Of a stretch of DNA of 64,000 bases, positions 1-8,406 are shown piece after piece. Numbering within the stretch: the stretch's first letter is position 1; each line of letters begins with the position of its first letter. A program made the translations under genes and the position numbers. Source of the DNA: Thermoanaerobaculia bacterium (GTDB lineage Bacteria; Acidobacteriota; Thermoanaerobaculia; Multivoradales; UBA5704); contig DATHEF010000027.1 in the NCBI GenBank assembly GCA_035490435.1, positions 20,193 to 84,192 of the forward strand, in the 5' to 3' direction. The notes under the pieces were generated by a model that had not been told where the DNA came from, did not search any database, and saw only the letters and a program-made list of their open reading frames with translations.

Positions 1-899
1 TGTTCGTGCGCGAGCACAACCGGAAGGTGGCTGAATACGCCGCGGAGAACCCCTCCCTGACCGATGAGCAACTGTTCCAGCTCGGCCGCCGGTGGGTGGC
101 CAGCCTCATGCAGTCGATCGTGGTCAACGAGTTCCTCCCGACCCTGACCGGCGAGAAAGTGGCAAAGTACAAGGGGCACAAACCGTCGGTGAACGGTCGT
201 CTCGGGCTCGAGTTCGAGCAGTCGCTCTACCGCGTCGGCCACACGCTGCTCCCCCGCGAGTTGCAGCGCTTCGGCTCCCCGGGCGGGCACAGTCCGCTGC
301 CGGCGCTCGATCTCGGCGAGTCCCTGTTCCAGTCGCCCAACCTCTTCCAGACGTCCTCGGATCTGGACGCGCTGGTGCGCGGGTTCATTCGCCAGCCGCA
401 CGAGAAGGTGGATTGCGTCGTGTCGGACGGCGTGCGCAATACGCTGGTCGTCGATCAGCCGGGGACCGCGGGGACTCTGTTCGACCTGCCGGCGATCAAT
501 ATCGTGCGTGGCCGGGAGCTTGGCCTGCCGAGCTACAACCTCGCCCGCGTGGGCTTCGGCCTGCCCCCTGTCAATCGCTTCGCCGACGCCTTCGATACCA
601 AGGCGGCGGCGCGCCTGAGATCGGTCTACTCGAATCCGAACCAGGTGGACCTGTTCGCGGGCGGCATCTGCGAGACGGCCGCTCATCCGCGGTCCGGTCA
701 CACCGGCCCCCTGATCACGGCCGTCATCCAGCGGCAGATCAGGGACGTCCGCGACGCGGATCGCTTCTGGTACCAGAACATCCTGACGAAGGAGGAGATC
801 AGGGAAGTAGAGAGCTACAAGCTCTCGGATCTGATCCTCAACAACACGGGATTGAATCCGGATGAGATCAACAGCGACGCCTTCAAGGTGAAGCACTAG
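1..899 (+). CDS. Heme peroxidase (animal peroxidase/cyclooxygenase superfamily), 5'-truncated by window edge
   Basis: ORF is open to the window start. Contains a proximal-His-like motif YRVGHTLLP and the region INIVRGRELGLPSYN typical of peroxidase-cyclooxygenase family C-terminal halves. Confidence 0.7.
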   Translation, partial: FVREHNRKVAEYAAENPSLTDEQLFQLGRRWVASLMQSIVVNEFLPTLTGEKVAKYKGHKPSVNGRLGLEFEQSLYRVGHTLLPRELQRFGSPGGHSPLPALDLGESLFQSPNLFQTSSDLDALVRGFIRQPHEKVDCVVSDGVRNTLVVDQPGTAGTLFDLPAINIVRGRELGLPSYNLARVGFGLPPVNRFADAFDTKAAARLRSVYSNPNQVDLFAGGICETAAHPRSGHTGPLITAVIQRQIRDVRDADRFWYQNILTKEEIREVESYKLSDLILNNTGLNPDEINSDAFKVKH

Positions 900-950
900 C
901 ACCCTTGCCGGCCCCCATCCGACGATGAGGGGCCGGCGGTTGAGTTCCGC

Positions 951-1466
951 CTATTCTGCCTTCCGCTTCGCCGTCCACTCCAGATAGGTCTTGAATTCCT
1001 TGGTCGTACCCGGCTGGGCGAGCTCGAGCTTGCCACTCAGCCGGCCGTCCGGCAGCTTCTTGTAGGAGAGCCGGAACCAGGGAGTGCCTGGAACCGTCTC
1101 GGAGACGAAGGTCACCGCGCCCGGAGCCTTGGCTTCCATCCTATAGCGGATCACATGCCCTTCGCTGTCAGCGTAGATCGCCCGCACATCCCCTTCGCGA
1201 TAGAACATCATGAGGTCGTCATGATTGACGGCGGGCCGAGGTTTGGCGGCGGGGTAATCCGCGTGGTTGCGGCGGATCATGACCTTGCCTTGAACATCGG
1301 ACGTGAATTCAAAATGGCCAGCGGGGGCCGAGGCGGGGCTGTCCGGGACCCACTCCCCCAGCAGAAACCGCAAGGCTGAGAAGGGATCGCCGGGCGGTCC
1401 CTGGGCGGGAGCGGCGGTTGCGCCGCAGAGCAAGAGGATCAGAAACAGAAACGAGAGCCGTCGCAT
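951..1466 (-). CDS. Secreted hypothetical protein (171 aa)
   Basis: N-terminal signal peptide MRRLSFLFLILLLCGATAAPAQG, high-GC codon usage, no recognisable catalytic motif. Confidence 0.55.
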   Translation of the reverse strand: MRRLSFLFLILLLCGATAAPAQGPPGDPFSALRFLLGEWVPDSPASAPAGHFEFTSDVQGKVMIRRNHADYPAAKPRPAVNHDDLMMFYREGDVRAIYADSEGHVIRYRMEAKAPGAVTFVSETVPGTPWFRLSYKKLPDGRLSGKLELAQPGTTKEFKTYLEWTAKRKAE

Positions 1467-1627
1467 CGGTGTCCTCCTAAATCAACCTGAAATCTATTAC
1501 CGTGCCAGAAGGCGGGGAGATCGTAACATGGCCGCCGCAGGGGGTGGCGGGGGGTATTTCCCCCCTCTCCACAGGGTGGAGAGGGGGCCAGGGGGTGAGG
1601 ATTCGAAGGGCGGGACGCGCCAACCGC

Positions 1628-2731
1628 TCAGGGCGCCTTGGGCGCCGCCGCTACACTCTGCCGGTCGAGCAGGGCTTCCAGCCGCTGGATGCGGGCTTCC
1701 TGCGCCGCGAGTTGGGCCTTCTGCTCCTCCACCTGCGTGTGCTGCTTCTGGAGCTCGTTGAGCAGCATCGTATTGAGCGCCTGATAGCGGACCGTGAAGG
1801 GCTTCCCCTGGGCGTCGTACTGGACCAGGGCGGGATAGACCTTCGCCACCTCTTCGGCGATCAGGCCGTACTGGAGGAGACGCGAGCCGTCGTCATACGG
1901 GGCCTTGTAGTGGAAGGTGACCGGGCGGAGCTTCATCAGATCCCCGGTCGCCTCGCCCATGTCCTCCACGTCTTCCTTGAAGCGCAGCGAGGAGGTCACC
2001 GTGCCGAGTTGGCCGGAGCTGTTGACGTAGACCGCGACGCCGCTCGAGGAGGTCGCGCCGTTGACGCCGGCCAGGAACGCCCGGGTCTGGGTGTTGCCGA
2101 CGCGGATGGTGTCGGACTCGTTGCTCGGAGCGCTGTTGCCGATGTCGATGTTGTTGCTGCCGCTGCTGATGCTGGAGCCGGCCAGCCTGCCAAGTCCGAT
2201 GTTGCCGGAGCCGGTCACGCTGCCCATGGCATTGGCGCCGACCGCCGTGTTGTTGGCTCCGGTCGAGTTTCCGAACAGGGCCTGATATCCGATGGCCGTG
2301 TTGGCGTCACCCGTCGTATTGAAGTCCAGGGCGTTGGTGCCAAACGCCGAGTTGGAGTTGCCCGTCGTATTGGAGGGCAGGGCGCCGGCGCCAACCGCCG
2401 AGTTGGCCGATCCGGTCGTGTTGGAACCGAGGGCGAACGAGCCGAGCGATGCGTTGGCGCTGCCGGTCGTGTTGAAGAAGGAGGCCTCCGCGCCGACCGC
2501 GCTGTTGTCGTTCCCGCTCGTATTGGAGGACAGGGCATACTCCCCGATCGCGGTGTTCCGGTCTCCCGTCGAAGTCCCCGGGTTGCCCGCGCCGGTGCCC
2601 AGGTAGAGATCTTCGAAGCCCGTGGCATAGAGGGCGAAGGCGCCAAAAGACAGCACGGCGAGCAGGACGAACGGACGGTACCTTTTTTGAATCAGTGGCA
2701 TGCGAGGCATGGCTGAGCTCCTTGGGGTCAA
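1628..2731 (-). CDS. Tail-fibre-like repeat protein with C-terminal Peptidase_S74 intramolecular chaperone domain
   Basis: N-terminal TM/signal anchor, then ~10 degenerate 15-aa repeats (NTTGsaNsAvGagAL). C-terminal block LRFKEDVEDM...LRPVTFHYK...GLIAEEVAKVYPALV is characteristic of the endosialidase/tail-fibre auto-chaperone, followed by a coiled-coil tail. Start could be one of several in-frame Met. Confidence 0.6.
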   Translation of the reverse strand: MTPRSSAMPRMPLIQKRYRPFVLLAVLSFGAFALYATGFEDLYLGTGAGNPGTSTGDRNTAIGEYALSSNTSGNDNSAVGAEASFFNTTGSANASLGSFALGSNTTGSANSAVGAGALPSNTTGNSNSAFGTNALDFNTTGDANTAIGYQALFGNSTGANNTAVGANAMGSVTGSGNIGLGRLAGSSISSGSNNIDIGNSAPSNESDTIRVGNTQTRAFLAGVNGATSSSGVAVYVNSSGQLGTVTSSLRFKEDVEDMGEATGDLMKLRPVTFHYKAPYDDGSRLLQYGLIAEEVAKVYPALVQYDAQGKPFTVRYQALNTMLLNELQKQHTQVEEQKAQLAAQEARIQRLEALLDRQSVAAAPKAP

Positions 2732-2885
2732 ATGCCACCTACGAGCTACCTGAGCCTCAAAGGTTCAAAGTGCCGCCAGGTGGCGGGTTGATTAACTGCC
2801 CGCCATGATATTCCCAAAGCTCTATGTTAGCAAGAGACCAGGGGCTTGCTTCCCGCGTTGACTTCCCCGCAGCCGCGTAACAAAC

Positions 2886-4172
2886 TTGCCGAGGTTCCTA
2901 CCGAGGTTCTCCATGAGCTCAGCGCCGGCCGTCACTCCGGAATCCGCCCCCAGCCCCGCCGCGGGGCCGCGGCATCCGCTCACCGTGCCGCATTTCCGCA
3001 ACCTGTGGCTCGGCGCCACGATCTCGCAGCTCGGCGACCAGTTCTATCTGGTGGCGCTCCCCTGGCTGGCGCTGCAACTGACGGGATCGAGCCTGGCGCT
3101 GGGCGCGATCCTGATGACCGCCGCGATTCCACGCGCGGCGCTGATGCTGGTCGGCGGCGCGGTGATCGATCGCTTTTCGGCGCGGCGCGTGCTGATGACC
3201 ACGGGAGCGATCCGCACGGTGCTCGTCGGCACGGTGGCGGCGCTGGTCTGGCTCCGCCTCATCCAGCTCTGGGAGCTCTACGCCCTGACCTTCGCCTTCG
3301 GCGTGGCCGACGCGTTCTCCTTTCCCGCCGGGCCGGCGCTGATGCCGACGCTGGTCGAGACGAACCAGTTGCAGCCCGCGAATGCCCTGATGCAAAGCTC
3401 CACGGTGATGACGCAGATGGCCGGGCCGGCGCCCGCGGGCCTGCTGATCAAAAGCCTCGGCGTCGCCTTCGCGCTCTTCTTCGACGCTCTGAGCTTTCTC
3501 GGCGTGATCGTGGCGCTGCTCAGAATCCCCGATCCACCCAAGGTGCCGCCGGCGGCTGGAGCGCCGGCCCGCCCGAGCATGCTGCACTCCATCGCCGAGG
3601 GATTGCGGGCGGTGCGCAACGATCCACCGTTGCTGTCGTTGATGATCGTGATCGCCACCATCAACATCTGTATTTCCGGGCCGATCGGCGTCGGTCTCGC
3701 CGCGATGGCGAAATTCAACTTCCACTCGGCGGCGGCGTTCGGAACCTTTCTGTCCTGTTTTAGCGGCGGCATGCTGGCGGGGATGCTGGCCGGCGGCATG
3801 GTGAAGCGCCCGCGCCGGCGCGGACTGCAGTTCATCATCATGAGCGGGCTGTGCGGCCTCGAGCTGATCGCCATCGGCCTGATCCTGAAGTTCGCCGCCA
3901 TCGTCGCGCTGCTGGTGGTCATGGGCCTGGGCGTCGGCTTCGTCAACGTGCAGTTCGCCGCCTGGATGCAGATGCGCGTCGAGCGCGCCCTCCTCGGCCG
4001 CGTGATGAGCGTGATGATGTTCTCCGCCGTGGGCCTGGTGCCGATCTCCTACGCCGCCGCCGGCATGTTGGCGAACTGGAGCCTCCCCGCGCTGTTCGTC
4101 ATCGCGGGAGGGATCCTCGCGGGCACCTCCGCCCTGGCGGTATTCGGCAAGGCGGCGCGCGAGATCGACTGA
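2886..4172 (+). CDS. MFS transporter (EntS/DHA3-like)
   Basis: 12 predicted TM helices. N-terminal FRNLWLGATISQLGDQFYLVALPWL and MFS signature GGAVIDRFSARRVLM. Confidence 0.85.
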   Translation: MPRFLPRFSMSSAPAVTPESAPSPAAGPRHPLTVPHFRNLWLGATISQLGDQFYLVALPWLALQLTGSSLALGAILMTAAIPRAALMLVGGAVIDRFSARRVLMTTGAIRTVLVGTVAALVWLRLIQLWELYALTFAFGVADAFSFPAGPALMPTLVETNQLQPANALMQSSTVMTQMAGPAPAGLLIKSLGVAFALFFDALSFLGVIVALLRIPDPPKVPPAAGAPARPSMLHSIAEGLRAVRNDPPLLSLMIVIATINICISGPIGVGLAAMAKFNFHSAAAFGTFLSCFSGGMLAGMLAGGMVKRPRRRGLQFIIMSGLCGLELIAIGLILKFAAIVALLVVMGLGVGFVNVQFAAWMQMRVERALLGRVMSVMMFSAVGLVPISYAAAGMLANWSLPALFVIAGGILAGTSALAVFGKAAREID

Positions 4173-4220
4173 GAACGAGAGACAGCCCACGCAGGGACCG
4201 CCCTTTCCGGGAGGTCCGCC

Positions 4221-4410
4221 GGCGTTTCAGGAGCTCTCGCCAGGGTTTTTCAGACTCTCGCCAGCGCTTCCGAGACTCTCGCCGGCATTTTTCGGACTCC
4301 CGCCAACGTTTCGGAGACTTCCGCCGTCATTTCCGGGGTTATTGCCCGACTTTTCCAGAGGCTTGCCAGCGTTTGGAGAGTCTCGGAAATGTCGGCGAGA
4401 CTCTCCGAAA
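4221..4410. repeat. 8 tandem 21-bp repeats (consensus RGCGTTTYCGGAGACTCTCGCC) followed by a 32-bp palindrome GGAGAGTCTCGGAAATGTCGGCGAGACTCTCC
   Basis: Units read directly at 4221, 4242, 4263, 4284, 4305, 4326, 4347 and 4368. The palindrome spans 4375-4406. Lies in the convergent intergenic gap between the MFS gene (+) and a small membrane-protein gene (-). Confidence 0.8.
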
Positions 4411-4567
4411 CATTTCAGGGAAAGCCGGAGACGCTTCAGCGAGTCTTCGAAAGCCGGGCGAACCTCGAAAACAGGCTGGCGGACGGCAAAATAACCGGAG
4501 CGAATGTCGGGGTAAGGATTCCGCCTCAGAGAAAAACGGTCTGAGTCCTCTCCATAAGGTGGGCCCT

Positions 4568-4756
4568 CTACTTGAATACCCCCACGGCGATCAGGATCAG
4601 GACCAGCAGGAAGATTCCCAGGCAGATGCGGGCTGCGGTCATCAGGTGGGTGTTGCCTACTTGGCGGGTTCCCTTGGTCTTGATACCGGTGAGGGCGACC
4701 AGGGCGATGGCGACGACGACGATTCCGAGGATGACGATCCAGCTCATAGGGCTCAA
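4568..4756 (-). CDS. Small membrane protein (62 aa, DUF1328-like, two TM helices)
   Basis: MSWIVILGIVVVAIALVALTG...ICLGIFLLVLILIAVGV: two hydrophobic helices around a Gly/Lys loop, resembling YqaE/DUF1328-type small membrane proteins. Confidence 0.5.
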   Translation of the reverse strand: MSPMSWIVILGIVVVAIALVALTGIKTKGTRQVGNTHLMTAARICLGIFLLVLILIAVGVFK

Positions 4757-4776
4757 TATGTCACAATCGGAGACCT

Positions 4777-5886
4777 ATGAGATACGCCCTTCGCCTCTCC
4801 GTGCTCCTCCTGGCCGCCGCCCCGGCGCTCTGCGGGCAGACCCCGGCTCCGGCCGAGAGGGACTGCACGCTCCGTGACTTCCATTTCGCGAGCGGCGAGA
4901 CGCTGCCCGAGTTGCGCGTCCACTACACCACTCTCGGCACGCCCGCCAAGGACGCAGCCGGGAAAGTGCGCAACGCCGTGCTGATCCTCCACGGCACGAC
5001 CGGCGATGGAAAGGGTTTCCTTCGTGACCAGTTCTCCGGCCAGCTCTTCGGTCCCGGGCAGACCCTCGACGCGGCGAGCCACTTCATCATCCTCCCGGAC
5101 GGGATCGGCCACGGCAAGTCGAGCCGCCCGAGCGACGGGCTCCACATGCGCTTCCCGAAGTACACCTACGACGACATGGTGCGGGCGCAGCACGATCTGC
5201 TCACCCAATGTCTGAAAGTCGATCACCTCCGCCTGGTGATGGGCACCTCCATGGGCGGCATGCACACCTGGGTCTGGGGGTATACCTATCCCGATTTCAT
5301 GGAGGCCCTGATGCCGCTCGCCAGCGCGCCCGTCGAGATCGCCGGACGCAACCGGATGATGCGGAAGATGATCCTCGATTCGATCACCAGCGATCCCGAG
5401 TGGAAGCACGGCGAATATACCGCTCAGCCCCGCGGGCTCGCCTCGGCGATCCACATCCTGCTCCTGATGGGGTCGAGCCCCCTCCAGTGGCAGAAGGAGG
5501 CCCCGACCCGCGAGAAGGCCGAGGCGCTCCTGGACACCCTGATCCAGCGCCAGGCCGCGATCCTCGACGCCAACGACCTGATCTACCAGTTCGACGCCTC
5601 CAAGAGCTACAACCCCCTCCCCCACCTCGGGAAGATCCGCGCTCCCCTCTTCGCCGTCAATTCCGCGGACGACGAGGTCAATCCGCCGGAGCTCGGCATT
5701 CTCGACGAGGCGATCCACCGCGTCCCCCGCGGCCGGTACATCCTGCTCCCCATCACCGCCGAGACCCGCGGCCATGGCACCCACTCCCTGCCGGCGGTCT
5801 GGGGGAAGTACCTGGCCGAGCTCCTCGCCGGAGCGGAGGGGCCGAAGGCCAGCCTGCAAGCCGGGGGACCGCCTGAGGCCGGATGA
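4777..5886 (+). CDS. Secreted alpha/beta-fold hydrolase (homoserine O-acetyltransferase-like fold)
   Basis: Signal peptide; VLILHGTTGDG plus a nucleophile-elbow-like GTSMGG; length and architecture of MetX-like alpha/beta hydrolases. Its TGA stop overlaps the next gene's ATG (ATGA). Confidence 0.7.
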   Translation: MRYALRLSVLLLAAAPALCGQTPAPAERDCTLRDFHFASGETLPELRVHYTTLGTPAKDAAGKVRNAVLILHGTTGDGKGFLRDQFSGQLFGPGQTLDAASHFIILPDGIGHGKSSRPSDGLHMRFPKYTYDDMVRAQHDLLTQCLKVDHLRLVMGTSMGGMHTWVWGYTYPDFMEALMPLASAPVEIAGRNRMMRKMILDSITSDPEWKHGEYTAQPRGLASAIHILLLMGSSPLQWQKEAPTREKAEALLDTLIQRQAAILDANDLIYQFDASKSYNPLPHLGKIRAPLFAVNSADDEVNPPELGILDEAIHRVPRGRYILLPITAETRGHGTHSLPAVWGKYLAELLAGAEGPKASLQAGGPPEAG

Positions 5887-6692
5887 TATTATCGGCGCCC
5901 ATGGACGCTCTGAGAAGAAACAATGTCAAGCTATCGGGCCCGGAAGGGGGCCAGGCGATGATCTTCGCCCATGGCTTCGGTTGCGATCAGAACATGTGGC
6001 GGTTCGTCACCCCCGCTTTCGAGGAGACGTACCGGATCGTCCTCTTCGACCACGTCGGCGCCGGCCAGTCGGACCCCTCGGCCTACAGCCGCGGCAAGTA
6101 CGAATCGCTGAAGGGCTACGCCAGCGACGTGCTCGAGATCTGCCGCGAGCTGGGGCTGACCCGGGCGATCTTCGTCGGCCACTCGGTGAGCGCGATGATC
6201 GGCGTGCTCGCGGCGCTCCAGGAGCCGGACCGCTTCGAGCGGCTGGTCCTGGTGGGGCCTTCGCCGCGCTACATCGACGACGAAGACTACGCCGGCGGCT
6301 TCAGCCGGGAGGACATCGAGGGTCTGCTCGAAACGCTCGACAGCAACTACCTCGGTTGGTCGACCGCCATGGCGCCGGTGATCATGGGGAACCCGGACCG
6401 CCCCGAGCTCGGGGTGGAGCTGACCAACAGCTTCTGCCGCACCAACCCCGAGATCGCAAAGCACTTCGCCCGCGTCACCTTCCTCTCCGATAACCGGGCT
6501 GACCTCCCGCGGTTGACGACCCGTTCGCTGATCCTGCAATGCCGGGACGACGCCATCGCCCCGCGGTCGGTGGGCGAGTACGTGCACAGCCAGATCCCTG
6601 ACAGCGAGCTGGTGCTGCTGGAGGCGACCGGGCACTGCCCCAACCTGAGCGCTCCGCAAGAGACGATCGCCGCGATCCAGGGGTTCCTCTAG
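5883..6692 (+). CDS. RsbQ-like alpha/beta hydrolase (RsbQ/D14/KAI2 family)
   Basis: Aligns along its whole length with B. subtilis RsbQ from memory (IMFAHGFGCDQNMW, VGHSVSAMIG, LILQCRDDAIAP, GHCPNLSAPQET). Catalytic Ser-His-Asp positions are conserved. Confidence 0.85.
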   Translation: MILSAPMDALRRNNVKLSGPEGGQAMIFAHGFGCDQNMWRFVTPAFEETYRIVLFDHVGAGQSDPSAYSRGKYESLKGYASDVLEICRELGLTRAIFVGHSVSAMIGVLAALQEPDRFERLVLVGPSPRYIDDEDYAGGFSREDIEGLLETLDSNYLGWSTAMAPVIMGNPDRPELGVELTNSFCRTNPEIAKHFARVTFLSDNRADLPRLTTRSLILQCRDDAIAPRSVGEYVHSQIPDSELVLLEATGHCPNLSAPQETIAAIQGFL

Positions 6693-6703
6693 ACGGTGGG
6701 GCT

Positions 6704-8278
6704 TTGACCGACCGCGACGAAACCCAGGGGGCGGGTCCCGCCGCGCCGTTCGAGGAGAGCGTCGAGGACCTCTACGACAACGCCCCCTGCGGTTATCTCT
6801 CGGCGCTCCCCGGCGGGCTGATCGTCAAGGTCAACCAGACCTTTCTGGACTGGACGGGCTACCGGCGGGAGGAGCTCGTCGGCCGCCGGCGGTTTCAGGA
6901 CTTGCTCACCGCCGGCGGCAGGATCTTCCACGAGACGCACTACGCGCCGCTGCTGCGGATGCAAGGGGCGGTGCGCGAGATCGCCGTCGACGTAGTCTGC
7001 CCCGACGGCCGCCGGCTGCCGGCACTGATCAACTCGGTGCTCAAGAAGGATGAAGAGGGCACGCCGCTGCTCGTGCGCACCACGGTCTTCAACGCCACCG
7101 ACCGCAAGGAGTACGAGCGCGAGCTGCTGCGCGAGCGGCAGCGGGCCGAGCAGGAGGCGAAGGCCAAGTCGGACCTGATCTCGATGATCAGCCACGAGAT
7201 CCGCACCCCGCTCAACGCCATCATGGGGGTCGGGCACCTCCTCGGGGCTACCGAGCTCACCGCGCAGCAGCAGAAGTTCGTCCGCATCCTCCGCTCGTCC
7301 TCGGAGAGCCTGCTGGGCCTGATCAACGACATCCTCGATTTCAGCAAGATCGAGGCCGGCAAGGTCGTCCTGGAAGAGCGGAGCGTGGACCTCCGGCAAC
7401 TGATCCACGGCATCGCCGACAACCTCCACGTCAAGGCCGAGGAAAAAGGGCTGGAGCTCGCGGTGCACGTCGACGAGCGGATGCCGGTCTCCGTCCTCGG
7501 CGACCCGATCAAGATCGGGCAGGTGCTCACCAACCTGCTCAGCAACGCCATCAAGTTCACGTCCACGGGGTCGGTGACGGCGACGCTGCAGGTCCGCGAG
7601 CAGATCGCGGACGCGGTGTCGATCGACTTTCAGGTCGCCGACACCGGGATCGGGATCGCCCCGGACCGATTGCCGCACATCTTCGACGAATTCACCCAGG
7701 CCAACTACGACATCGGCCTGAAGTATGGTGGCACCGGCCTCGGGCTATCGATCAGCAAGAAACTGGTGGAGCTGTACGGCAGCCACATCGCCGTCGAGAG
7801 CGAGCTCGGGCGGGGAACGACGTTCTCCTTCGTCCTGCGCCTGCGGACGCCGGAGGCTGGCGAGGCGGCCGGCGAGACCGCCGGTCAGCAGGCTCTACGG
7901 GGGTTGACAGTCCTGGTGGCGGACGACAACGAGGTCAACGTGCTCGTCCTCACCGGGTTCCTGCGGGGGTGGGGCGCCGAGATCGACGTCGTATCCAACG
8001 GCCGGCACGCCGTCGAGCGGATCCAGGAGCGGGATTACGATCTCGTGTTGATGGATCTGCGCATGCCGGAGCTGGACGGCTACGCCGCCACACGCCAGAT
8101 CCGCTCCCTGGCGGACCCGCGATACGCGCGGCTGCCGATCTTCGCGGTCTCGGCCTCCACCCGGATGGGCCATCAGCACGAGCTCGACAACGCCGGTTTC
8201 ACCGAGTTCGTCGGCAAGCCGGTTAGTCCCGAGATCCTGCTCGCGAAGATCGCCCGGCACGCGCGCCGCGATTCCTAG
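6704..8278 (+). CDS. PAS-domain hybrid sensor histidine kinase / response regulator
   Basis: N-terminal PAS, HisKA H-box ISHEIRTPLNAI, HATPase G-boxes (DTGIGI, GGTGLGLSI), and a C-terminal REC domain (LVADDNEVN...DLVLMDLRMPELDG...KP). Confidence 0.9.
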   Translation: MTDRDETQGAGPAAPFEESVEDLYDNAPCGYLSALPGGLIVKVNQTFLDWTGYRREELVGRRRFQDLLTAGGRIFHETHYAPLLRMQGAVREIAVDVVCPDGRRLPALINSVLKKDEEGTPLLVRTTVFNATDRKEYERELLRERQRAEQEAKAKSDLISMISHEIRTPLNAIMGVGHLLGATELTAQQQKFVRILRSSSESLLGLINDILDFSKIEAGKVVLEERSVDLRQLIHGIADNLHVKAEEKGLELAVHVDERMPVSVLGDPIKIGQVLTNLLSNAIKFTSTGSVTATLQVREQIADAVSIDFQVADTGIGIAPDRLPHIFDEFTQANYDIGLKYGGTGLGLSISKKLVELYGSHIAVESELGRGTTFSFVLRLRTPEAGEAAGETAGQQALRGLTVLVADDNEVNVLVLTGFLRGWGAEIDVVSNGRHAVERIQERDYDLVLMDLRMPELDGYAATRQIRSLADPRYARLPIFAVSASTRMGHQHELDNAGFTEFVGKPVSPEILLAKIARHARRDS

Positions 8279-8406
8279 CCCCCACCTGGAACAGCCTCCA
8301 CCGGCGGAATTTTTCGCATGGAGGCACGACAGTTGCTTCCAAACGAGATTCTCGCCCATCCTCATCTGGGGATGACGTGGACCACTCGCTCAGGGAAGGA
8401 GCCTCA

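Noticed and set aside
3851-4780. 309-aa plus ORF with FSDSRQR heptads
   Set aside because: Overlaps the MFS transporter gene, then simply reads through the first 21-bp repeat array. There is no independent support.
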